Assembly (NCBI GenBank): GCA_965178125.1
Contig: OZ237742.1
Coordinates: 620,001-684,000 of the forward strand
Length of the DNA: 64,000 nt
Direction: 5' to 3'
Source of the DNA: Bilabrum cf. latius
Lineage: Eukaryota
How positions within the stretch are numbered: position 1 is the first letter of the stretch; each line of letters begins with the position of its first letter. Below the pieces are notes generated by a model that searched no databases, was not told where the DNA came from, and saw nothing but the letters and a program-made list of their open reading frames with translations. This document shows, one piece after another, positions 24,801 to 35,947 of the stretch. The translations under genes were made by a program, and so were the position numbers.

Positions 24801-27800
24801 ACTGCTGTGAGAACTGGTTCTCGAACGTCTCGCTCTCAGATTGCTCAACCCCGCCCATTTCTGCGTCCATTTCCTGCATGTCTACATCAACCGAATCAAG
24901 GCCGCGGGCAGCGCTGGCATACGCCTCCAGCGGTTCAAAGTAGGAAGCAGCGCCAACTAGAGTTCGACCAACGGTCTGGGTCCTTTCGGAGAGCCAGAGC
25001 TGGGCCGCGCACTGCGCTGCTCGGAACAATTGGTAGAGGCGGTGGCGAGGGTGCTGAGAGTGCTGCACAGCCCTTGGGTTGGAGGTGAGCAGGGAGCAGG
25101 CGTTGTGCACGCCACGAAGGAATTCGATGGGCGTGCTGTGCTTCCGCACCTGGCACACGCGCACACCGGTGGCGCCGTGGCCCTCTTCACTCCCACTTCC
25201 AGCACCATCGTACGAGTCGTGATTCTCATGGGCGCCGGAGAGGGAGCGACTTCCAACTGTAGACTCCGTTGGGACTGCCCAGGCTGCAGCCCTGGTTGTT
25301 CTCTGCTCAAAGTGGGTCTGCAAATCGATGCCGAGATTGAACAGGCATTTCTGCTCGAGCTCGCTGACCCTGGTCTTCTACAGCTGCTGCAGAATCTCCG
25401 TGCTGCTTTGTCGAAGATGCCTCTTCCAACGCTCGAACAGTGCCTTCCACTCATTGTCAAACTACAGAGCGCGCTGAACCATGATAGTCTCAGGCAGGCC
25501 TTCCACGGGACCCTGCTCCGCCATGGGGCGGAAGGCCCACCACGCGTTGCCTCCCTGATCCGATCGCCCGCTGGTGTTGGCAAGAATGGGCTCGCCGTAC
25601 GCTGGGATCAGCACAGACCCAGCCTCTGGAGTTGTCTGATACGAAACCGCTTGTCCCTTCTCGTCCGTTCGAGTTCTCTGGAGATAGTCTGGCTGATTCA
25701 GCGTGAAAATTCCGCGTCTCGCTGCGCTCAGAAGGCTCACCAGTCGCCTGTAGGCGATCGGGGACATCGACTTCTAGTCGCGCTGCTGTGGCTCTGGCGC
25801 ATCCGAATTTGCCTGGGCCCATCGCTTGATACGGTTGTGGTCGGAGTCACCCAGCAGATCGCGCTCCCTTAGGTCCCGGAAACCAGCAGCAAGAACTTCT
25901 GACGCAATGTGCTTCTGCCTCGACTCCAAAGAATTGCCACCTGAGCTTGGCCCACCTGCCGGCGTTTCCGTCACGGGGACAGCGTACGCAGACTTCACCA
26001 TGGACGTGATCCCACCGTGGAGCTCACCTTGGGAGGAACGGGCAGCGGCGCAGTACAGGCAAAGCCGGTCGCTGTCGGTGCTGCAAGTCAGCACACTCAG
26101 CGCAAATCCGAATACGAGGTTCACCATCATGAAATCCAGGTACGGCACACTCAACGCGCCGAGGATTGTATTGAGGCCTGCGCCCAGCTGACAAGCCTAG
26201 CATGAGCGTTCCCAGACCACACCGTCCCCCATTTCGCTGTTGGTGAGCTGGAAGGCTAGGTCGGTTCTGAGTCCCTGTGGCATCACTTCGCTGTCGCATG
26301 CTTGCGAGCAGAAGGAACCACTGGTGGAATTAAGGAAGAACGGGGCCACTGACACGGACAGCACGTAGATCAGCAAGCTTCGCTGGATCAGCACCACGAT
26401 GCTCAGCCCACAGCCGTCGCGTTTTAGCGCTCTTGCTTCGCCACCAAGATCTGGCATACCGCACAAGAGAGACATGAGCGGCGAGCAGGCGCTCCCCTTC
26501 CTTGAAGGGGAGCAGCAGGCCACGCCCCGAACGCCACAGCATCTGTTCTCCATGCACACCAGCAGGTCATGCATGATCTGCAGAAAGTACAGCAGGGCTC
26601 TGTAGGCAGCGTACACTAGTGCGATGTCGAGGTGCTGGTCGGCCAATGGTGGAAACCTGAGCACTGCCATGAAGAACAGCGTTATGCACGCATCTAAGAG
26701 CTCTCGCAAGTATGCAATGTCTCCGTAGATATCAGTAGATTGAGAGCAGTACTGCAGGCACGTCCGATTCCCAACCACAGCCTCAACGAGCCTGGGCCTC
26801 CCAAGCCGAAGCGACTGCGCAAGCCAGTACGTGGTCATCCCCCAGCAGCCCGAAGGCCGGTTGCCCTGGCGAAGCGTTGTCAAGAAGGCAGTCAGCAGCG
26901 ACGATACCCCCAGCATGGTCGATTCCACAAGTGACACAGTGAACAGCCACCGCTTGCTCTCCAACCACCGGTCCGTGGTCTGGATGCGACCCCCAATCAC
27001 CCGCTCGCTAGTGTAGATGTTGAAGACACCAGCCAAAGACATGAGCCAGACCCACTGCAGAATCGTCGGTCTAAACACGACCAGCGCATCTAGAATAACG
27101 TCGGGCCCTCGTGCTTCGGACCAAGCCTTCTTCACTTTGGTGCGCTTCACTTCGTCCTTGGCTCTGCCGCTCCCGGATGCAGCGTGCTGAAGCGGACTCG
27201 TGGTCGCGGTCGCCCCGTCCTGCTACTGCTGCAGCGCCTTCTTCACCTTGGGGGGAACTTTGGCCATCCAGCTCTCTTCAATGTCGTCAAAGTTGGTGCG
27301 GTGCACGCTGCCCCACGCTTGCGCCACCTGAACAGTACGCTGGGGAGCCACGTGCATGTGCTGAATGGTCTAGTTGAAGGCACGGTGCAACATCTTGGCA
27401 CCTTCACCCGGTGAGCCTAGTCCTTGCAGTTCGACGGCCATCCGTCGCGCCACAGCGGCCACAATCGCAGGCGCGTGGGACGCCGAGTCAGCCTGGCTGA
27501 ACACCAGGTGGTACAGCACGATCGACTGCAGCATCTCCCGGGCGCTTTGCTTGCTGGCCACTTGCTGCTCTGAGACGACGTCTTCGGTTGCCTCTCCCCA
27601 CATCGACTGCCTTCTTGACTTGGTGGGGTCCTCAAGCAAAACGCCGCGTGCCTTTTCGAATAGCCTCGTGTGCAGCATCTTGATGCTGTCATGGACCAGG
27701 ATCCCGAGGTCGTGCGCCATCTGCGTGGAGCTGCCGCGGCACTCCTCTTCCGTCACCATCCCGGCCATGAGACGCCGCAGCATGGTCCAGCGGCTGTCTC

Positions 27801-30444
27801 CCTCGCAGCTCTCCGAGAAAATAACCAGCAGGCAAGACACGAGCTGGGTCGTGACCGTGTGCATGATGGTGTCAGCGTGGGTCCTGAATCCAACGTCGCC
27901 CCCAATGAATTCTGAAGCCCGCGGCAGCCTCACGCTGATTGAAAGCGTGCCATCGGAACCGAACTGCCAGCTGGCCGTGTCACTTCCCGACCCGCGCCCT
28001 GCGGATTCCTCGTCGCCGCTCTCGAACTGCCAGTCGATATCGATGGATTGCTTTGCGGCACCGGGCAAAATGACCTTCACAGATACATCGAGATCATCCT
28101 ACATTCCGTGGGGCTCTGATCGGGGCAACGGCGGGAACGCGCTGCCATGGGGCATCGATGCACCGGCAGCTCCACGCTTCGAGTCCAACTGCTAGTACGG
28201 AGGTCGGCGAGCTGCCCCGCCGGCTGCAATGGCTGCCCTAGAGGCCAGAGCAGGAGGTGGGCCAGGGGCGGGCTGTCCGGCGCGCTGAGTACCGCGGCTA
28301 TCTGCTGAGACCAGGTTCCTGCCAGAGTACTGCAGACCAAAACTCTTCGAGTTTCGGCGCGCTTGGCCATCCGGCACACCAGCTGCAGTTGACCTAGCCG
28401 TGTTCCGGCGACCAATCTGCGACCACAGGGGCTTGAAACGCAGCTTAAGCGTGGTGGTTGCATTTCCTGCTGCAGCATCCGAGTTCCCAATGGATCCAGT
28501 CTTCTGGTCCCCCTGTTCCTTCCGCTCGCCCTAGTCGTAGGCGTCCTGGACGGCCCCACCGAGAGGATTCACGATCCCCTGCTTCGTCGACTCTGCCTTG
28601 GCTGGCGTGCAGCATCCGCAACAACAACGCATCGCGGCCAGTGCGACAGCATTCTCAGCTTTCTCGGCTGACTTTTGGGGCCTCGCGTGGCACGCACAGA
28701 CGCAGCTCGGTGCACCTGTCACCGGCTGACAAACATATGAAAGCACCAGCATAGCCACAGACACAAACAAAAGACCGCTAGCCACAATCAGGACCGGTTC
28801 CGCGCCGTACGCAGTCTGTACCTCGGCGGTCGGAAGGGTACGGTACACGTCGAGCTTGGAGCAGTCGCTCTGGTTGGTCATGTCGGGCCTTGCAAGGCAG
28901 TCCCCGATCCGAAGCGTGCCCCAATCCAGGCGCACATCGCTTCCATTCGATGATCCGCTGCCTCCAGCACCAGGAATGCTACCGTCAGCATAGTTTTGTG
29001 CACCCTCCATGTAGCACACGGCAACGGCAGCAGCAGGACGAGGGCGGAGGCACACCTCGGGACCGACGAGAGCGTCCGGCCTTGAACGGCCGCCCTCGAG
29101 CTGTCGCAGCAGGCCCTGTCGCTGCACGGCCGATCTCACAGCAGGCTGCGTCCCTCCCCTGGGATCCAGTTGCTGTTCGAAGCACGAGCTGTCGAAGAAC
29201 CATGGGGATGCCCCGGCCCCGGAGCCTGTGCTGTCGCACGACACGACCCCGTCCGACGCTGCGACTCGCCAGAGCTGATCTTTCACCTCGCTGATCATGA
29301 AGCCGGAGAATATCTATCCCCGCTCAATTTCCTCTTGGGTTGGGAAGCTGGACGGTGTCCGCAGCACGCTGGGAGCCAGCAAGCGCATGGCCTGGTCCAT
29401 GGTCTCGTTCAGCTGGGCGGCTTGCTTGTCCACGTTCATGCCGAACGTGGTGGCATCGGCGTCATAGGCGGATTCAGCCACTGAAACGATGATGTGAAAG
29501 CTCCCAAATCCAGTGCTGGTTCCTGAATCGGACGGCTCCACCATCAGAGTCTCCGGGAGCACCCGCGTGATCGTGGGGACCGACTGCCGCAGCGCAGGCC
29601 CGACATAGAGCACCACACCGTCGAACCTGGCGGAGCTGCCCGAGCCTGGCACTGTTGCAGAAAGAGACGTGTGCACAAAAGGTAGAATAGAGGACCACGT
29701 AGTAAGGCTCGCCTGATCGAGGTTAATGTTGAGAAGAATGGGAAGATCCGATGAAACCTAGGCGCGAAGGAATCGCAAGGCGTCCCCATGCAGCGCTAAA
29801 GCCTGCTGAACACCGGCCTCTGTGTCTTGCTCAGTCCCTGCGACGGGGAAAATCTGGTCCTCTCTGGTTCCAAGCACAATGCCGGTGACTATTCCCTCCT
29901 TGCAACGCGAGGAATCCAAAGAGTCGGCAAGCTGCGATAGGGAGAGACCCACAACGACCATTGCAACAGATACATATGAACTTAATACAAACATGGCTTG
30001 GCAGAAAGAATGGTGTCGGATACTCACGACGGCCATGGCGCGCTCCACTTTGGCGATGTCAGACAAGACTGCCTAAATCCCACCGACAGCATCCAGGAGT
30101 GGACTCAAACTAACGGATAATAAGAGTTTTAGATTCGACTGGTCTGCATACGCGCACAGAGACTGGCTGACCATTATCTCTTCACCATCACTTGTCATTG
30201 AACCAATGGGAACGGTGATTGTTCGGCCAGCTCCAAACACCTCGGCGATCTCGCTGAAATCCTGAAAGATCATGTCTCGTCCCTGCCAGCCGTAAACATA
30301 TCTAGACACTCCCAATTGATTGTAGGCACCAACTCCAATGCCTGAGGGCGAATAGATGACGGAGGATGCCAGCTCAGAACGCCACGCGGTCGTTGCAACG
30401 GACCATCTTGCAAATCCAAGCAATGCCAGGATAGCCACCTTCAT
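21805..30444 (-). CDS. 1,3-beta-glucan synthase (GT48; FKS1/callose synthase family) with signal peptide and long N-terminal extension (~2,879 aa)
   Basis: Single frame with 17 TAG, ends TGA at 21805. Motifs RTNFDDIEESW, SVLIPAYGE, NEWKALFER, LWLSERTQTVGRTLVG, QGKAANQ, TLDCNQD, RMHYGHPD, LNLSEDVFSG, GKGRE, KISAGSG..SRD and many TM segments. Start placed at the signal-peptide-like MKVAILALLGF; upstream in-frame ATGs exist (e.g. 30606). Confidence 0.9.
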
Positions 30445-30795
30445 CAATGTCTTTGTTTCAAAGCAAAAACTCGGCTTGTGGCACTTGGGCTGATGACTCG
30501 CCTGAGAGTCGGCTGACACCGCAGACAGAGAGAGGGTCTGCGATACAAGTCTCATTTGGGTGGTAAAATCAAGTACCGTGCACCTACGGTATACCAGATT
30601 TAGCATGAATATGCCGATCTAGAGTCTGCTCGCCGCCCCAAACATTAGATGCGGCAGAAGCGAAATTTATGCGTAACCGTTTTATTTTGTTTCATTGGTG
30701 CATGCGCTGACGGCTTCGGCGGGCCCGGACCAGCCTGAGACTGGCAAGACAGAGTTGGCACCGCAACTTCAGTACAAGTGCACACTGCGTTCAGG

Positions 30796-33024
30796 ATGGC
30801 AGACCAGGTGGAGAGCGTCAAGTGGATACAATACTTCAAAAATATATCAATCGATGGCTTTAGATTCTAGCAGCCGCCCCATGGAGGGATCCCACCCGTC
30901 TACATCTTGACGCATTGCCACTCGGACCACACTACTGGGCTCTCGCCGTCCAGGTGCCCGACCAACGTATGGTGCACTGCAATCACTAAGAGAATCATTT
31001 CGTCGACTTTATCGATTCCTCGGTCGAGAACTTTTTCTCTACGGACAGGCTCGTGGACTACTGTTCGACGCGACGTCGACGTCTGCGCTCTGGATGCTGG
31101 GCACTGCCCTGGAGCCGCAGTGTTGATTGTGCGAAACAGAGATACGAAAGCACTGGTAATTCATACGGGTGATTTTAGAGCACATGATTGGTGGAGAAAG
31201 CAGTTCTTCGACACTCTTCGACAGCGCGGAGTTGGACGCGTAGATGCAGTATATCTCGATACCACCTACTCGAGGCCAACGAATCGATTCGTCAATCAGA
31301 GCCACACATTAAGAGCTATTCAGACGATCGTAGCTCGCGAGCGCGCACGGGAACTCAAAATCGGATTCGGCTGCCAGGGGCCATCAAGCCGAGCCGAACA
31401 GCAAACTGGGAATTCTGCGACTCACTGCCCGCTTTTTGTCGTCGGGACTTATAGCGTCGGCAAAGAGAAAGCTGTCGAGGCAGTCGGAAGGGCGGCGGGG
31501 GGACTATGCTACGTACCAAAGAGCAAGGCCAAGCTGGTGCAGCTCGCCGGGCAGTGGAAGGCCGGGCTGCACACGCTGTCGTTTGCAAGGCCAGGACATG
31601 CACTGGCAGCTGCTAGTGTAAGCTCTCATGAGCTTCCATACGGTCAGTCTGGCGCTTCGAAAAGCGGCCATACGGGCCACCACGCCGCAATACCAGCCCT
31701 GGCCGTCCGCATGCTTGCTAGCGGTAGGCCGCCTGGAAGGGCCAGTGGGTCCAGTGGGCCGCCTGGAAGGGCCAGTGGGTCCAGTGGGCCGCCTGGAAGG
31801 GCCAGTGGGTCCAGTGGGTCCAACTTGAACGAGTCTGGAGCCCTTCATGGCAACAGCGTCGCGCAGACGAGTGCTCTGCCACAGGCCTCGTCCAGCGTTC
31901 GTCCAAGCAATCCGGACACCGGGACGGGCAGTGCTCGATATATTAGGTCTAGTAGTAGGGGGCAGCAAGACAAACGATAGAGAGGTGCTGGCAGAGCGCC
32001 AGAAGCATCTTAGAAGTATCCGTTCGTGACCACTGTCATGACTTGGCTGCGCGCCATCCGCCCGGACAAGCTCATGGATATGCTAACATATGCCAATTCA
32101 CCGGCCAGTGAGAAGCTTTCGAGCAGTACCCCGCAGACGAAAGTCGGTGGAGATGACGTATTCGATGCGCAGGACTTGCTTGCGGAAGAGGCGCCGACTT
32201 CTAAGCCTGTCACTGCAGCTGGAGTCCCGTCTGCCGCCACAAGCGGGTCCAGCAAGGTTAAAGTAGAAGCTGATACTGATGAGGTAGCTGAATTTAGTGC
32301 TACTGGAATTGCGATGGCAAGTTTCAGCTCTAGCTCCAGTTTTGGCTCCGGCTTTGGCCGCGGCTCCAGAGCCGCGAGACGCGAACCCGGCAGCAGCTAG
32401 GCGAGTTCCGGCATGTAGGCCCAAAACGAGCTCAGAAAACAAGTGGCGTCGATGCAGCATCCAGAGAGACCCTTCTACTCGTGCATCGTAGGGTTCAGAT
32501 GCACGGGGTGGTCGGCTGGGTCCTGCAAGGGCGGGCCCCTCACTTCAATGGAAGCTGCCCTTGATCGCATAGAGCCCAAGGTGAGTCACGGTGGGAAAGT
32601 GAGGATATACTCTGTGCCATACAGTGAGCACAGCAGCTATGATGAGCTGAAGGCTTTTGTTCGGGAATTGATCTAGTTCAATGGGGGCGTAGTGCCAGAA
32701 ATCATCCCGACAGTTGGAGCCTCGACAAAGGAGCAAAAGGACAGGATCCTCCGTGATTTGCTGCCGAGAGCCCCGGCAAGTGAGTCAAGGCTAGCGAGAA
32801 TGCTTGCAAAGCAGTCCGGGGGCGCCCGTGAAGACTATGGGGGCCAGCCGGTGCTTCATGAGGTGGACCTCGGCAGCAAGCGGAAGCGGCAATCAAGAGC
32901 GAATGCGAGCAAAGGTAGCGGGATCAGCCATCTTATTGCTACTACAAAGCGCAGTCGACTTGAGGATCGTGTTGTACAATCAAAAGAGGATGTTGTGGAT
33001 CTGTTGGACGCAGATAGCGATTGA
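30796..33024 (+). CDS. SNM1/PSO2 (DCLRE1-family) metallo-beta-lactamase/beta-CASP DNA cross-link repair nuclease
   Basis: ISIDGFRF[TAG 30868], YILTHCHSDH, DAGHCPGA, HTGDFRA, YLDTTY, GTYSVGKEK, VGFRCTGW, YSVPYSEHSSYDEL, IIPTV. Six TAG in frame; ends TGA. Confidence 0.92.
31727..31816 (+). repeat. Perfect 30-bp tandem repeat x3 (GGCCGCCTGGAAGGGCCAGTGGGTCCAGTG), encoding (PPGRASGSSG)3
   Basis: Directly visible; units start at 31727, 31757 and 31787. Confidence 0.95.
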
Positions 33025-33253
33025 GGCTGGAAACAGTTGAGCACGGTGCGTTGGCTTTCGTCGGAGTCTCGTTTAGAGTACTATCATTGTTGCGATCATA
33101 TGAAAGCCAACACGAATAGGCTTTTGCATAGAGTACAGATCTATGCATTTGTTTCGCGAAATCCGGAGCAGCGATTGGTATCGCCGTGCATCCCCACACA
33201 GAGCTCCACCAGTAAATTATTCGCACAAGTCGTTCAATAGCATAGCTTTTACC

Positions 33254-35773
33254 ATGGGTACGTCTAGCAAAGCGGACGCCCAATCGCCGCTAGTGGCTGT
33301 GATCGTGTGCGCGATTGCAGCTGCAACTACTGTCAGCGCTGCTGGAACGAATTATCCTGGTTCAAGGCAAACTGATAGCCGGAGCATATCAGGCATCAAT
33401 AGTTTTGAAATTTATGGTCCGGTTCGCGGATCACAGCTCGGGTACTCAGACCAGCCCCAGCTGGCTTTCTCTTCGAAAGATCCCGCAGAGTGGTACTGCG
33501 TTTTGACCCGTGGTACGCAGAAAGAAGGACAGAATCTTGAATGGGTACAAGGATACAGAAGCTATGACTTTGGCCTCAGCTGGAAATTGGATGCTCCTAT
33601 TCGGAAGAGCAACCCATTTGGGCCTCCAAGCGCTTGGGTCAACGTGCTGCAGTCTCCTGGTACGTCGCGTCTATATGCCACCTACACCTACAACGTGGAC
33701 AATGTCACGCAAGTCCCCGGGTACAAAGGTGAATAGAGGAACGACATGTGGGGTGTGTAGATGGTCACCGCGTCGGACGACCTTGGCAAGACGTGGTCCT
33801 CGCCCGCAACGATCCCTCCCGTTCTCAGGGCGATCGACCGATCGAACGTTTTCAACGGGTCCACTTTGTGCGGGTGGTCTGTGGGTAAGCCCATCATAGC
33901 ACCTGGTGGGCGCGTTCTCCAGCAGTTCACCAAGAGGTACTCCGGCACGCAGAAGCCCGCAGGGCTCCCCTACGTGCCAATGGAGCAGTTCCTGCTTGCC
34001 TCGAACGACCTGCTCGGGGGCGGGCACGATGATAGCATGAGCAGCAGCATGAGCAGTAACATCCCAGATGAACACGATACGACAAGCGATGTTGCTCGCA
34101 CGCCGCAGGCTCGACCCCCACCGAGCGCCACCTGGGAGACCCTCCCTCTCGGGCAGCATGGCATCAACGCAACGGCAGGTGAGCTAGCGGAGGAAGGCGA
34201 CGTTGTTCTGATGCCTCCCCCTGGACCTGGACGCCCCAACCACGCGACGCGCACCAACCAAACTGCAAACGACGATGGCAACGAATCGCAGCACTGGCTT
34301 GCCTACATCTACAGAACCTACTCGGGGTTCCTCAACGCCGCCTTTTCTCTCGACGGCACCCGGGGAGCCGAGTGGACGGCCCCATAGACGCTCGCATATG
34401 CCAGGCAGTTTCATGACAATGCACAGAGTCCGTTCTTCCGCGCTTTAAAGAACCCTAATGGTCCGACAAGCCCCCGATCCTTCGCGGCGTCAGACGTGAT
34501 TGGCTCCAGCACAGCGCAGCGACTTGCCTCGAAGCTTGGACAAGACATGCCTGGCTGGTTCGTAATTGTGCCCTACTATGCAAATGGAGACAATGACAGC
34601 CCGCACAGGTACCTCTGGCGTAACCCATACTGGCTTGCTTGTGGGTATGTGCCGCGATCAACCAGCGACGGTTCTGCGGCGGGGCCAACAATTCTGTGGG
34701 GTGAACCAGCCGTACTGGCGTACGATCCTGATGCCACGAAGCACGGGATTGGTTACCCAGATCTGGTCCTGCGCAATAATACGGCTGTATCTGGGCAACC
34801 AGCTCCTCAATGGGACAGCGCATCGGCTCCATCGCTTGCTTCCGGGGCCGCTGATTCTTCGACCGAGTTCCTTTTCGCAGAAACCAACAAGCTGTATGCT
34901 CGATTGCACAAGTGGAACGCCGCCAAGCTGTTTTTCGGAACGACAGGGGAGGAAGCTGGTTTGTGCACCCAGCCGTTGCTGTCGAGCCAGCCCGAAGAAG
35001 GTTTAGTCGCGCACGTGCGAGGGCCACGGAACGGCTCGGCGGTGCATTTGAAGCAGCCTGCATTCCCATCTGCGTTCACGTCCGTCGGACAGGGCCTCAC
35101 AATTGATGTGTCGGTCTCGGTGGCCAATGAATCCAAGGACCTACCCATGGAGATCATCCTGCTGGAGTGCAATGGAGGCATGGAGCATGGGCTTGACGCC
35201 TCAAGACCTGCGCAAGCCACGGGTAGCACTTTTGGATGGCTGCGAGCCGAGATTAGGTGGGCGTCGGCCTTCGCAGGCCAGATTTGCATCAACTCCAGCG
35301 TAATTTTGAGCGGCAACGAAACCTCCAGCGGGGACGAGCGGCTGTCCATCATCTCTGGGTGCAGCGATGTAGTGCCAGCAATTGGCGGTCAGCTGCATGC
35401 TTCTGTAGTCCTAGATGGCGCGTCGCGAGTGCTGCACTTTGTGGCTAACGGTGCACTCAGTGATGGCGGCAATAAGAGCACCACTGGGTTTGTCGAGCTG
35501 CCTGCAAATGCAACTCGTCTCGGTCCAGCGCCTGCAGATGTCCAAACTGGCGGCACTCAACGATCATTGCCAGGCCAGTCCGGTGAGCACGGTGCGCCAC
35601 CGGTGCCAATGTGTACGTCAGGCAAGACTCACGGCAGTGATCCGAGGCGTGTGGGGCTTCTTGCCGATAGCAGTCCCATTCTGACTGAGCTCTTCATCTA
35701 TGACAAGGCCCTGTCCGTGCCTCAGCTGGTGAGTGCGCATCAGAGCAGGGGTCTGCCGTCGACTGGGTGGTGA
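33254..35773 (+). CDS. Secreted BNR/Asp-box sialidase-like protein with C-terminal LamG/concanavalin-like region
   Basis: Hydrophobic leader LVAVIVCAIAAATTVSA; Asp-boxes RSYDFGLSW, ASDDLGKTW and FSLDG..W; GYSDQP, GWSVGKP, RNPYWL, GYPDL; C-terminal HASVVLDG...FVANGALSDGG. TAG at 33734, 33758 and 34385; ends TGA. Confidence 0.75.
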
Positions 35774-35947
35774 CTGCGTTATTGATCTGAATGAGATCTT
35801 GGCTGCAGGATGCGTGGAAAGCATACAGCACCAGGTGTGATGCCTTAACAAGCACTGGGTTGGATCGATTGCATGGAGTACACTGTTTGTCTTCATACGC
35901 GTGAACATTGCTGTTCCATTCCATTGGACCGCGGATCCATCCCGACA

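Noticed and set aside
31727-31816. 30-bp repeats as a CRISPR array
   Set aside because: Head-to-tail units without spacers, in frame inside a eukaryotic gene.
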